Source: Candidatus Bathyarchaeia archaeon (lineage in GTDB: Archaea; Thermoproteota; CALKCG01; B24). From it: a DNA stretch of 64,000 nt. Under the pieces are notes generated by a model, which saw nothing but the letters and a program-made list of their open reading frames with translations, ran no database searches and was not told where the DNA came from. Location of the stretch: positions 352,001 to 416,000 of the forward strand of contig JAVZJD010000002.1 in NCBI GenBank assembly GCA_038870975.1, given 5' to 3'. Positions 20,177 to 29,342 of the stretch are shown piece by piece (position 1 is the first letter of the stretch; each line of letters begins with the position of its first letter). The position numbers and the translations under genes are program-made.

Positions 20177-21403
20177 TTGGGCTTTGGAAAAATAATCAGG
20201 TTAAATCAGATAATAGATCCATCAGATGGTAGGAGCTTGGTCGTAGCGGCAGACCACGGTTTAATGCTTGGACCTATAAAAGGCGTTATTGATTTAGAGG
20301 CGACTCTTCGAAAAGTCATAGCTGGTGGACCAGACGCCATCCTTTTAAGTCCAGGTCAGGCTAGAAGGTTACACCACCTTTTCACTGGTAAGGGTGCGCC
20401 AGCTATGCTTGTTAGAATAGATTGGACTAATGCGTTTAGAGATAAAACGTATACACTACCGGCTAGAAGCATACAATTCAATAGGGTTACCACTGTTAAA
20501 GATGCTGTTAAAATCGGGGCTTCAGGTGTTGTGACATATCTTTTTCTCGGTTTTGATAGAGAGAAAGATCATATGGCGATGGTTGAAGAATTTTCGGCTG
20601 AATGTGAGTATTGGGATATGCCTTTAATTGTAGAGCCACTACCCATGGGTCCTAGAGTCACTAAGGCAAATTATGTTGATATGGTTAAGATGGCTGTTGA
20701 AAAAGCCGTAGAGCTTGGAGCCGATGCGTTAAAGGTTCCGTATACAGGTGACCCATATTCATTCAGGGACATAGTCAAGGTTTCTTCGGGTGTACCAGTC
20801 TTAGTTTTAGGAGGCTATAAGGCGTTGAGTATAAGAGATTCATTAGAGGTTATATCTGAGGTTTTAGAATCAGGCGCCGCTGGAGTAGTTTTCGGTAGGA
20901 ATATTGTTCAAGACCAGAATCCAGATGAGGCCGTTAGACTTATGAAGAGGATAATACATGGAAAGGAGACGGTTACAGACATTCTGAGAGAGAGGATTAA
21001 GCCTCCAGTTAGAATAATAGTCGATGCTGAAAAATGCAGCGGTTGTCGTGTATGTGAAATTGCATGCAGTTTTACTCATGAGAAGGTTTTTGATCCATCG
21101 ATGGCGAGGTTGCGAATTGAAAACTCCAGTACTGGAGTATTATTCACTCCATATGTTTGTACACTATGCTATTCTTGTGTAAACGTCTGTCCGCAGAAGG
21201 CTCTTAAAGTAAACAGCAAAACTGGGGCTGTAGAAGTTTCACCCGAGCTATGTCAAGGTTGCGGAATCTGCGTTGAAACATGTCCGGCTGGAGTTTTAAA
21301 ACTTGTAAATGGAAGGCTCTTCTTATGCGATCTGTGTAACGGTTTACCAGAGTGTGTGAAATGGTGTTCTAGGAATGCTTTAAGGGTAGAAGGAGGCTGG
21401 TAA
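20177..21403 (+). CDS. Class I DhnA/FbaB-type aldolase fused to a C-terminal multi-[4Fe-4S] ferredoxin domain
   Basis: AADHG, ELGADALKVPY (Schiff-base Lys), LGG, GRN; then CSGCRVCEIAC, CTLCYSCVNVCP, CQGCGICVETCP, CDLC...ECVKWC. Confidence 0.88.
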   Translation: MGFGKIIRLNQIIDPSDGRSLVVAADHGLMLGPIKGVIDLEATLRKVIAGGPDAILLSPGQARRLHHLFTGKGAPAMLVRIDWTNAFRDKTYTLPARSIQFNRVTTVKDAVKIGASGVVTYLFLGFDREKDHMAMVEEFSAECEYWDMPLIVEPLPMGPRVTKANYVDMVKMAVEKAVELGADALKVPYTGDPYSFRDIVKVSSGVPVLVLGGYKALSIRDSLEVISEVLESGAAGVVFGRNIVQDQNPDEAVRLMKRIIHGKETVTDILRERIKPPVRIIVDAEKCSGCRVCEIACSFTHEKVFDPSMARLRIENSSTGVLFTPYVCTLCYSCVNVCPQKALKVNSKTGAVEVSPELCQGCGICVETCPAGVLKLVNGRLFLCDLCNGLPECVKWCSRNALRVEGGW

Positions 21404-21404
21404 T

Positions 21405-23231
21405 TTGAGCCTTTCAGGCAAGGGTTATGCAGGAGGCGTAGTTAAGATAGACCTTTCATCTGAGAGAGTGGAGAAAGCAGAATTATCCCAAAGAGACGCA
21501 TTAATGGTTCTGGGAGGGAAGGGTTTAGGTGCTCTCCTACTGTACAATTCTACACCTAAGTATGTAGACCCTTTAAGCCCTGAAAACCCATTAATATTGG
21601 CAACTGGCCCTTTAACTGGGACACTAGCACCTTCAAGCTGTCGTTTCAGCGTTGTAACTAAAAGCCCTCATACGGGTCTCTTCTTAGACTCCAACTGCGG
21701 AGGTTTCTTCGGCGTTGAGCTTAAAAAGGCTGGTTTTGATGTGGTTATAATCACTGGGAAGGCAAGTCAACTATCAATGGTCATTATAGATGATGGAAGG
21801 GTTCGCATAGAGGAAGCTACCGAACTCCGAGGTGCTAAAACCATGGATGCTGAGAAAAAGGTGAAGAAGAGGCTTAATGAGGAGTTTAGAGTTTTAACTA
21901 TAGGCCCAGCTGGTGAAGAATTAGCCCCTATAGCTGGAATTTTCACAGACCTACGTTGTGCCGGTAGAGGTGGAGCTGGAGCCGTCATGGGCTCTAAAAA
22001 CCTTAAAGCTATCGCAGTCAGAGGAAGTAGGCCAATATCCGTCTACGACCCTGAGGGTTTTGAAAAAGCGTGTTGGAGGGCCCATAGAAGGCTTAGAATG
22101 CATGAAGTCACAGCAAGAAGTCTACCGACCTACGGTACAGTCAACATAATTGAGACGATAAATGAGACGGGGGCGTTGCCGACTAGAAACTTTGAAACAG
22201 GTGTATTCTCAGATACTTGGAAAATATCCGGTTACGAGTGGCGTAAACAACTTTGGAAGAGGGATAAAGCCTGTTTCGGATGCCCTATAGCGTGCAGTAA
22301 ACTGGCATATATATCTGATTACGTAGTAGATGGCCCAGACTATGAAACATTATGGGCATTAGGACCATTATGTGGAGTTTCAGACAGAGAAGCTGTAGTT
22401 TACGCTAATTGGCTGTGTGATGCCTATGGTGTAGATACGATAAGCACAGGTGTTATTGTAAGCTTTGTCATGGAGCTGTATGAGAAGAAGTGCATCGGGA
22501 GTGAAGATATAGATGGAATACATGCCGAGTGGGGTAGTAGCGAAGCTCTATTGAAGCTCGTTGAGAAGATTTGTAAAGGTGATGGAGTTGGAAGGGAACT
22601 CAGACTCGGTGTTAGGAAGCTTAGCATTAAATATGGTTGTGAAGATATAGCTATGCACGTTAAAGGTTTGGAAATGCCAGGTTATGAGCCTAGAGCCGCT
22701 AAAGGCATGGGTCTAGGATACGCCACCTCAGATAGAGGCGCGTGCCATTTAAGGGCGTATACAGCCGATAAAGAGCTCTTAGCCTATGGGGGGGCCGTAG
22801 ACCCAGTTAAAATTGATGGAAAAGCGAGGCTCGTAGTAGACTATCAGAATGAAAAGGCTCTCATAGATTCCACAGGTATATGTTTCTTCGCATCTTTTGC
22901 CTTAACATTTAGGGAAATAGGGGATATGTTAACTACGGCTACGGGTTTACCGCTCGAAGACGCTACCACGTTGAAAACTATTGGAGAAAGAGTGTACAAC
23001 CTTACACGTCTTTTCAATGTGAGGGAGGGTATTAAACGGAAAGACGATTCTTTGCCACGTAGGTTTTTAGAAGAGCCTATGCCAGAGGGGCCTGCTAAAG
23101 GCTCTGTAGTAGAATTAAGTAAAATGTTGGATGAATACTACACCTTGCGAGGGTGGGATGAAAATGGCGTGCCAAAAGTTGAAACATTGAGACGGTTAAA
23201 CTTAGATTTAATACTTAACATAGGGAATTAG
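21405..23231 (+). CDS. Aldehyde:ferredoxin oxidoreductase (W/Mo-pterin AOR family)
   Basis: KSPHTG, GRGGAGAVMGSKNLKAI, CFGCPIAC, DYET, GVDTIS, RGACH, YYTLRGWD. Confidence 0.93.
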   Translation: MSLSGKGYAGGVVKIDLSSERVEKAELSQRDALMVLGGKGLGALLLYNSTPKYVDPLSPENPLILATGPLTGTLAPSSCRFSVVTKSPHTGLFLDSNCGGFFGVELKKAGFDVVIITGKASQLSMVIIDDGRVRIEEATELRGAKTMDAEKKVKKRLNEEFRVLTIGPAGEELAPIAGIFTDLRCAGRGGAGAVMGSKNLKAIAVRGSRPISVYDPEGFEKACWRAHRRLRMHEVTARSLPTYGTVNIIETINETGALPTRNFETGVFSDTWKISGYEWRKQLWKRDKACFGCPIACSKLAYISDYVVDGPDYETLWALGPLCGVSDREAVVYANWLCDAYGVDTISTGVIVSFVMELYEKKCIGSEDIDGIHAEWGSSEALLKLVEKICKGDGVGRELRLGVRKLSIKYGCEDIAMHVKGLEMPGYEPRAAKGMGLGYATSDRGACHLRAYTADKELLAYGGAVDPVKIDGKARLVVDYQNEKALIDSTGICFFASFALTFREIGDMLTTATGLPLEDATTLKTIGERVYNLTRLFNVREGIKRKDDSLPRRFLEEPMPEGPAKGSVVELSKMLDEYYTLRGWDENGVPKVETLRRLNLDLILNIGN

Positions 23232-23332
23232 GTAGTCTATTTAGTCTCTGTAAATCTGGTGGAGCGCAGAAGAAGATGAAGTCGGGCTGAATTGCCTTTA
23301 AAATTTAAAGTCAGCTTGAGGAATACTGTTCC

Positions 23333-24847
23333 TTGAAAGATTTGACAAGCTATATAGTTAGCGTAGACATAGGTACGACTAATGTTAAAGCGGTAGCCTT
23401 TGATTTAGAAGGGAGGCAGAAGTCTAAAAGAAGTGTTCGATGTAGAGTGTATTCACCTTTTGAAGGATGGGCTGAACAGAGGGCCGATGAGATTTTAAAC
23501 TCCGTGATCGAGGCTGTGAAGTCATGCGTTAAAGATATCGATGGTATAGTGGAGGCTTTAGCATTTAGCTCCCAATTGTACAGTGTCGCATTCATAGACA
23601 AGGATGGAAATATTTTAAGTCCCATACTGAATTGGATGGATTCCAGAAGCAAAATAGAGGCTTTCGAGCTCTCAGAAGCAATAGGGGGGTATGAAATCTA
23701 CCGTAGGACTGGTTGCCATATCAGCCCCATTATGCCAGCCTCTAAAATCTTATGGTTTAGAAAAAATAACCCTGAAATGTTCAGTAGAGTTTACAAGGTT
23801 CTTTCGATAAAAGACTATGTTCTATACAGGCTTTTAAACGTATATGTTATGGATAAAATACTGGCTTCAGCTACTGCGCTATTCAACATACATAGGGGTA
23901 GATGGGACTCAGAAATAGTTGAAACAATAGGTTTAGACATGGATAAGCTTCCAGAGGTCGTTGAGCCAGAATCCATAGTGGGTCAATTGAAGGGGTTCTA
24001 TGCGGAGAAGATCGGACTTCCCAACGGAACTCCAGTAGTCTGTGGGGGTGGAGACGGTATGCTTCAGAATTTAGGATTGGGGGTTCTGAAAAGTGGTATA
24101 GCGGCTTTAAACATAGGGACAAGTGGTGCAGTTAGAGTATCTTCTAACCGTATAACTCTTGACAAATCGAGAAAAGCAAGGTTTTTCTGCCACAGTTTGG
24201 CTGAGGGATATTGGTGCATAGGTGGTGCTATTAACTCAGCTGGATTATCCTTTGAATGGTTTGCTGAAAACTTCCTCGGTGGAGATTTCAATCGTATTGA
24301 AGTTGAAGCTTCTAAAGCCAAGCCCGGTTCTAATGGTTTAATATTTCTACCGTATCTTTTAGACGAGAGAGCACCGCTTTGGTGCACTGCAGCTAAAGCC
24401 GTTCTATACGGTTTAAGTTTAAAACATAGTCTTTCAGATGTCACTAGAGCCGTCTTAGAAGGTGTTGTATTCGCATTAAACCATATCAGGATTGTTCTTG
24501 AGAAGTATGTCCCTCCAGTAAGGGAAATTAGAGCTGGTGGTGGAGGAGCTAAAATAGACCTTCTAAATCAAATTCAAGCAGACGTTTTTCAAACTCCTGT
24601 CTTCTTAACATCTACTGAAGAAAGCTCTTCTCTAGGTGCAGCTATTCTAGCGGCTAAGACTCTAGGCTATTACGGGAGTTTAAACGATGCATGCAACTCT
24701 ACTGTTAAAATAACTAAAGTATTCAAGCCAATTCCTGAGAACAGTATAGAATACTACAAGCTATTTGAAAAATACTGTAAGATTTCAAACCATTTATACA
24801 AATACTTCTTCAAGCCCTCTGAGAATCTCTACAGTTCTCAGGTTTAA
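23333..24847 (+). CDS. FGGY-family carbohydrate kinase (gluconokinase/xylulokinase-like)
   Basis: DIGTTNVK, NWMDSR, GGGDG, NIGTSG, PYLLDERAP, LEGV, GGGA, SLGAA. Confidence 0.9.
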   Translation: MKDLTSYIVSVDIGTTNVKAVAFDLEGRQKSKRSVRCRVYSPFEGWAEQRADEILNSVIEAVKSCVKDIDGIVEALAFSSQLYSVAFIDKDGNILSPILNWMDSRSKIEAFELSEAIGGYEIYRRTGCHISPIMPASKILWFRKNNPEMFSRVYKVLSIKDYVLYRLLNVYVMDKILASATALFNIHRGRWDSEIVETIGLDMDKLPEVVEPESIVGQLKGFYAEKIGLPNGTPVVCGGGDGMLQNLGLGVLKSGIAALNIGTSGAVRVSSNRITLDKSRKARFFCHSLAEGYWCIGGAINSAGLSFEWFAENFLGGDFNRIEVEASKAKPGSNGLIFLPYLLDERAPLWCTAAKAVLYGLSLKHSLSDVTRAVLEGVVFALNHIRIVLEKYVPPVREIRAGGGGAKIDLLNQIQADVFQTPVFLTSTEESSSLGAAILAAKTLGYYGSLNDACNSTVKITKVFKPIPENSIEYYKLFEKYCKISNHLYKYFFKPSENLYSSQV

Positions 24848-25458
24848 ACCGACATCTCTGGAGGAGGTGTTTTCAACGCTTCCCCTATGGATAAAACTTT
24901 CGATTTCCTAAACCCCACATGTCTCAAAGGAGTGATACGCTTAGCCTCGTTATATATATCGGAGGCTATTTTACCTAAGATCATTTCCTGGACAAACTGG
25001 TCGAAGTTTAAATTCTTAGCCTTTTCTTCAATTATCTTGAACATAAGCATTCTTATGGCCTTCTTCTGAGAGGAGTTTATTCTATGTGCCGTACAAGCTA
25101 TCGGGTAGACTCTTATAAGCGCACCATCTTTAGTTTTGACGTCTATTATAGCGTCTATTTTAGAGCTACCCCTACGTACAAGGCTTCTCAAGAAGTCTCT
25201 AGCGTACTCATGTCCACTGAAGAACGTATCGGCTCTAAGTTCTTTAGTTTCATTTATTCTAAAACGCATTATAATCGTCTGGTGGGCCGGGTCTTGAGTT
25301 AAATCGAAAAGTGTAGCCTCCACTGTTCTACCTACAGGATTCTGGCCCTCCGTAACCGGTATGGATGGTAATTCAACTTCGCCGAAGTATTTAGGCGAAT
25401 AGACTCTATACCAGATTTTAGCTTTCCACTTATCTCTAGCTCGCCGCGTCTTAGACAT
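24844..25458 (-). CDS. rps3ae: 30S ribosomal protein S3Ae (eS1)
   Basis: RDKWKAKIWY, GRTVE, LRSLVRR, ITPLRHVGFRKSK. Confidence 0.96.
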   Translation of the reverse strand: MSKTRRARDKWKAKIWYRVYSPKYFGEVELPSIPVTEGQNPVGRTVEATLFDLTQDPAHQTIIMRFRINETKELRADTFFSGHEYARDFLRSLVRRGSSKIDAIIDVKTKDGALIRVYPIACTAHRINSSQKKAIRMLMFKIIEEKAKNLNFDQFVQEMILGKIASDIYNEAKRITPLRHVGFRKSKVLSIGEALKTPPPEMSV

Positions 25459-25629
25459 AGTGTTCAGCTTTCCAAAGAAAGAAAACTCTTTTAATTAAAT
25501 ATTTCCCTCAAGATGACTTTATATCCATTAATAAAAGTCCATCGGATGACCATAGGAGGAGGCAGTCCATAAGTAACATGGGAATACGCGGTGAAATTCC
25601 ACGTTTAAGTTGAACACGTTTCAAAGAAT

Positions 25630-25884
25630 TTACTTCACCTCAACATATTTGAGGCATTTTTCAGCCGTGGAGAAACACGTCAATAAGTCATCCAGAGTAT
25701 TTAGAAGAGTTTCCACTCTAACGTTAGATTCTATCTTTACAGTTATCGTTGAATCCGACAATTCGGCTTTTATAGTGAGCCCCGATGGGGGGTTTTTATT
25801 GTCTGGTTCCAAGGCTTTGAAAAGAGCCAAGGCTTTAACCCTATCTCCTAAATGTATCTTTAGTTCAACTACATCCGGTTCCAT
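25630..25884 (-). CDS. KEOPS complex subunit Pcc1-like
   Basis: ALEPDN...LLNTLDDLL pattern; lies between the DHH nuclease and eS1 as in the conserved archaeal neighbourhood. Confidence 0.75.
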   Translation of the reverse strand: MEPDVVELKIHLGDRVKALALFKALEPDNKNPPSGLTIKAELSDSTITVKIESNVRVETLLNTLDDLLTCFSTAEKCLKYVEVK

Positions 25885-25972
25885 ACCCTATTTACAGTAT
25901 AACTGCCTTACTCATAAAAGTCTTAAGTAGGATACTTAAATGTTTGAGCTTAATCCATATAGGGTTTCAAAT

Positions 25973-27427
25973 TTATGGTACAGCCTGTTGTTTCCTTAAA
26001 AGACTGGAGATTATTCTTAAGAAGTCGTTTCTCTTTTCAAATGGTATTAATGCTCCAGCTGCTACGTCATGCCCACCTCCAGACCCGCCAACGGATAGAG
26101 CCGCTTCCGCTACTATGTGTGCTATGTTGACGCCAGTATTTACAAGGGATCTAGGAGCCCTTGCGGACACTTTAACCATGCCTTCTGGCGTATCTGTGAA
26201 GGCTATTAAAGGCTTCACATAATTGGATGACAGTATGCTTGCTACTGTACTCAGGAGAGAGTCTGGAATTAAACCCGAACCGTTTACTATGATAAGTTCA
26301 TCGGTGTTTATAAGCCTAGATGGGTTTTGAACCACGCTCTCTATGAGCGTGGCTAAGCTTTTCCTATAGGTATTGAGCACGGCATACGCTTCTTCAAGGG
26401 TGTTTTTACTCCTATCGCCCATAGCGATTGCTATTCCAAGTCCATATTTGCCGAGCCTACCACATGCATTTAACAGGGCGGAGTATTCTCTACAATCACG
26501 TAATGGCGTAAATCTCTGCTCATTGGTAAGTATGTAGGATTCTCCGACTAGTTGCACAATCTCTTCTTGAGTTACACCTTTAGAAGCCATGTATGCAGTT
26601 AAATTGTCCAACAGTTTCATTTCTTCGTCTTCAGCTAAATCTGCAGGTGTCCTCCAGAAGTGGCCAGTTTTAACAGGTATATCTATGCTCGCTAAGAAGG
26701 CTAAGGCTTTATCCTCCTCTCCAGATATACCCGGTATGAAAGGTGTTAAGGTTAACGCTAAAGATTCGTGTAGACGCTTGGTTTCACTACCAGCTAATGT
26801 AAGACCTTTTTCGACCTTCAACAGTCCCGATTCGACGGCATCTTTGACGATGATTTCATTAAACCCCACGAGCCTTCTCTCCTCATTTCTATTCTGCATA
26901 TCTCCAACTGCTCCTACGACGGCTAAAGGTGAAAGGTCGATGTTTGAAGGGTTAAGCGATTTAGCCGTTATATAGGCTACTCCTGAACTACTAATGTCTA
27001 TAGCCCCATTTAATTTGAAGAGGTGGGGGTTAACGTGAACACCTTTAAATCCTTCAACGGATTCTGACACAGGCTGATGGTGGTCGAGGACGATTATTCT
27101 TTCACATCCGTCAAGCTTTGAAATAGCATCTAGATTGCTAGACCCCATGTCGGTTAACACCGCTACACGAGCCTCTCCAAGACACTCTTTTAAGGCGGAT
27201 TCTTCAAACTGTTTAATTGCCCTGATTTGAAAGGGCACATTCAACCTCGTTAAAGCCTTCCCTATTATCGCTCCAGAGGCTAATCCGTCACAGTCTATAT
27301 GACATAGAATGACGAAAGAGAAGCCCTCTGAAGCCTTCTCCACTATAAATTTAGCGGCTTCTTCAGAGGCTTTGATAAGCCTTTGGAAACTCCACTCTCT
27401 AGTGGCATTAGGTGAACCCCGGCTCAA
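25973..27427 (-). CDS. DHH-family RecJ/GAN-like nuclease
   Basis: HIDCDG, TDMG, LDHH, GDMQ, DHHA1 GGGHDVAAG. Confidence 0.9.
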   Translation of the reverse strand: MSRGSPNATREWSFQRLIKASEEAAKFIVEKASEGFSFVILCHIDCDGLASGAIIGKALTRLNVPFQIRAIKQFEESALKECLGEARVAVLTDMGSSNLDAISKLDGCERIIVLDHHQPVSESVEGFKGVHVNPHLFKLNGAIDISSSGVAYITAKSLNPSNIDLSPLAVVGAVGDMQNRNEERRLVGFNEIIVKDAVESGLLKVEKGLTLAGSETKRLHESLALTLTPFIPGISGEEDKALAFLASIDIPVKTGHFWRTPADLAEDEEMKLLDNLTAYMASKGVTQEEIVQLVGESYILTNEQRFTPLRDCREYSALLNACGRLGKYGLGIAIAMGDRSKNTLEEAYAVLNTYRKSLATLIESVVQNPSRLINTDELIIVNGSGLIPDSLLSTVASILSSNYVKPLIAFTDTPEGMVKVSARAPRSLVNTGVNIAHIVAEAALSVGGSGGGHDVAAGALIPFEKRNDFLRIISSLLRKQQAVP

Positions 27428-27606
27428 AAATCCCCCTCGCTATAGTTACTAGGAGTCGTCTTACATATGCTTTATTAATTCATACAGTAAAATACCATTT
27501 TCCAAAGAACCGCTCAACTCAAACCATTTTTAAACGTCTGACGTAAGCAAGTTTCAGCTTCTAGTCTCCAAATTTCTTCTCGCTGTTTGAATTCGCATTT
27601 GCCCTT

Positions 27607-28143
27607 TTAAATAATGGGCATTCTCTCTATGATGCTTTTAGCCCACTGTTTGACTTTATCGTCTACTTCAACTACGACAACCCCTTCATTAGGTTGGCCG
27701 TATAGCACTATAGCTTTTAAAGGCGCCTCTGCGATTGCAATTAAAGTTAAAAGGTCTTCCTCACCTTCAACTCTAATCCAAGATGTACATCCATCAATTA
27801 GAGCTCTTTTAACGGTGTTTTCAGCTTCAGACGATATGTGGCCTGGTGGGTTGCGAACCGTGTAGATTTTTTCAACAATACCTGCAAGACCAGGTTCTTC
27901 TGTAGACGCCCTTAGACTTCTTGAGTCTGTTACGTATATATCTGCTTTTAAACCCATTTCTATCATGGTTTTAGAAACTATATCTCCAACTGTGATAAGC
28001 TTGACCCATCCCTTGGATTTTAGAAGCTCTTTAAGTTCAGAGGTGGTTTCACTAATAGTCCCTCTTATTAAGATTCCAGCTGGCTTTTTAAGAAGCTGTC
28101 TTAAGTCCTCTGTTAAGACCCTAAGGAAGTTACTTCTCATCAC
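27607..28143 (-). CDS. DUF359 GTP-dependent dephospho-CoA kinase
   Basis: ITVGDIV, NPPGHI, VEGEEDLL, YGQPNEG. Confidence 0.9.
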   Translation of the reverse strand: MMRSNFLRVLTEDLRQLLKKPAGILIRGTISETTSELKELLKSKGWVKLITVGDIVSKTMIEMGLKADIYVTDSRSLRASTEEPGLAGIVEKIYTVRNPPGHISSEAENTVKRALIDGCTSWIRVEGEEDLLTLIAIAEAPLKAIVLYGQPNEGVVVVEVDDKVKQWAKSIIERMPII

Positions 28144-28212
28144 GATTTTCGCCTCAATACAAATATTCAGAGTATAATAGAAAAATTTAAGTTAATAATT
28201 GGTTTTCTTAAT

Positions 28213-28953
28213 TTGTGGTACTTCATGTCGATAGTCGTTGAAACTAAAGGACTAAAAAAGCAGTATATCCTTCGAGGTGAAGTAGTTCACGCTTTAAGAG
28301 GTGTAGATTTAACGGTTGAGAGAGGCGAATACTTGTCTGTGATGGGCCCCTCGGGAAGTGGTAAAACTACGCTCTTCAACATGATAGGTGGACTTGACGA
28401 TCCCTCGGGTGGGTCTGTATTAATTGACGGAATAGAGATAGCTAGGATGAGTAAGAAGGAGAAGGCTTGGCTTAGAGCTCACAAGATAGGCTACATCTTC
28501 CAGACCTTTAATCTAATACCTGTTTTGACGGCTTTAGATAACGTAGCGCTACCTATGGTTTTCACGGGTAAGAAGAAGGAAGATAGGCTTAAAAAAGCGG
28601 AGGAGCTTTTAAAGACTGTCGGCCTTGGGGAAAGACTCTACCATAGACCTACTGAACTATCTGGAGGACAGCAGCAGAGAGTTGCAATAGCTAGAGCGTT
28701 GGCAAACGACCCTTCGATTGTTTTAGCCGATGAACCTACAGGAAACTTAGACTTAAACACAGGCTTTGCCATTGTAAACTTACTCTACAGGCTTAAAGTT
28801 GAGAGGAATACTACGGTTATATGCGCTACCCACGACTTGAAGATGATAGATGTTTCAGACCGCATTGCTTGGATTAGAGACGGCATGATTGAACGTATAG
28901 AGAAGAGGCAGTCCGTTGCTTTAACTTCGGAAGACCTTAAGATAGAACTCTAG
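28213..28953 (+). CDS. LolD/MacB-type ABC ATPase
   Basis: GPSGSGKT, FQTFNL, LSGGQQQRVAIARAL, LADEPTGNLD. Confidence 0.9.
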   Translation: MWYFMSIVVETKGLKKQYILRGEVVHALRGVDLTVERGEYLSVMGPSGSGKTTLFNMIGGLDDPSGGSVLIDGIEIARMSKKEKAWLRAHKIGYIFQTFNLIPVLTALDNVALPMVFTGKKKEDRLKKAEELLKTVGLGERLYHRPTELSGGQQQRVAIARALANDPSIVLADEPTGNLDLNTGFAIVNLLYRLKVERNTTVICATHDLKMIDVSDRIAWIRDGMIERIEKRQSVALTSEDLKIEL

Positions 28954-29100
28954 CGTTTAAAATATCATGGAACTACTTTCACATTCCAATGAATTTCCTA
29001 GCTGGTTTTATACAGTTTAAGATTCTCCTACAACAATTAAATTTAAATACTCCTTAACGACATTTCAAGCCTCTTGAAGAGAATAGGAGTGTGAATTCTC

Positions 29101-29253
29101 TTGGCTAAGAGAAGTTGGGACATAGAGGAAGAAGAGGAAGAAGAACCAGAGGAGGAAGAGTGGGAGGAAGAGGAGTGGGGAGAGGAAGAAGAGTGGGAAT
29201 GGGAAGAGGAAGAGCCTGAAGAAGAATGGGAGGAAGAGGAGGAAGAGTGGTAG
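29101..29253 (+). CDS. 50-aa Glu/Trp-rich acidic peptide
   Basis: TTG start after GGAGTGTGA; MAKRSWDIEEEEEEEPEEEEWEEEEWGEEEEWEWEEEEPEEEWEEEEEEW; GAA and GAG codons mixed. Confidence 0.72.
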   Translation: MAKRSWDIEEEEEEEPEEEEWEEEEWGEEEEWEWEEEEPEEEWEEEEEEW

Positions 29254-29342
29254 CTTTCTTAATTTAAAATCCCCCTTATTTTTATGAGCCTCTGTGAATG
29301 GACATAGTCTCAGTTTCTATTGAGATTTTCTAGGGTGGTTTA

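Noticed and set aside
23232-23332. GATGAAG...CTGA suggestive of a C/D box sRNA
   Set aside because: No complete C, D', C', D arrangement
25505-25628. ~38-codon minus-strand ORF between Pcc1 and eS1
   Set aside because: No RBS or recognisable motif
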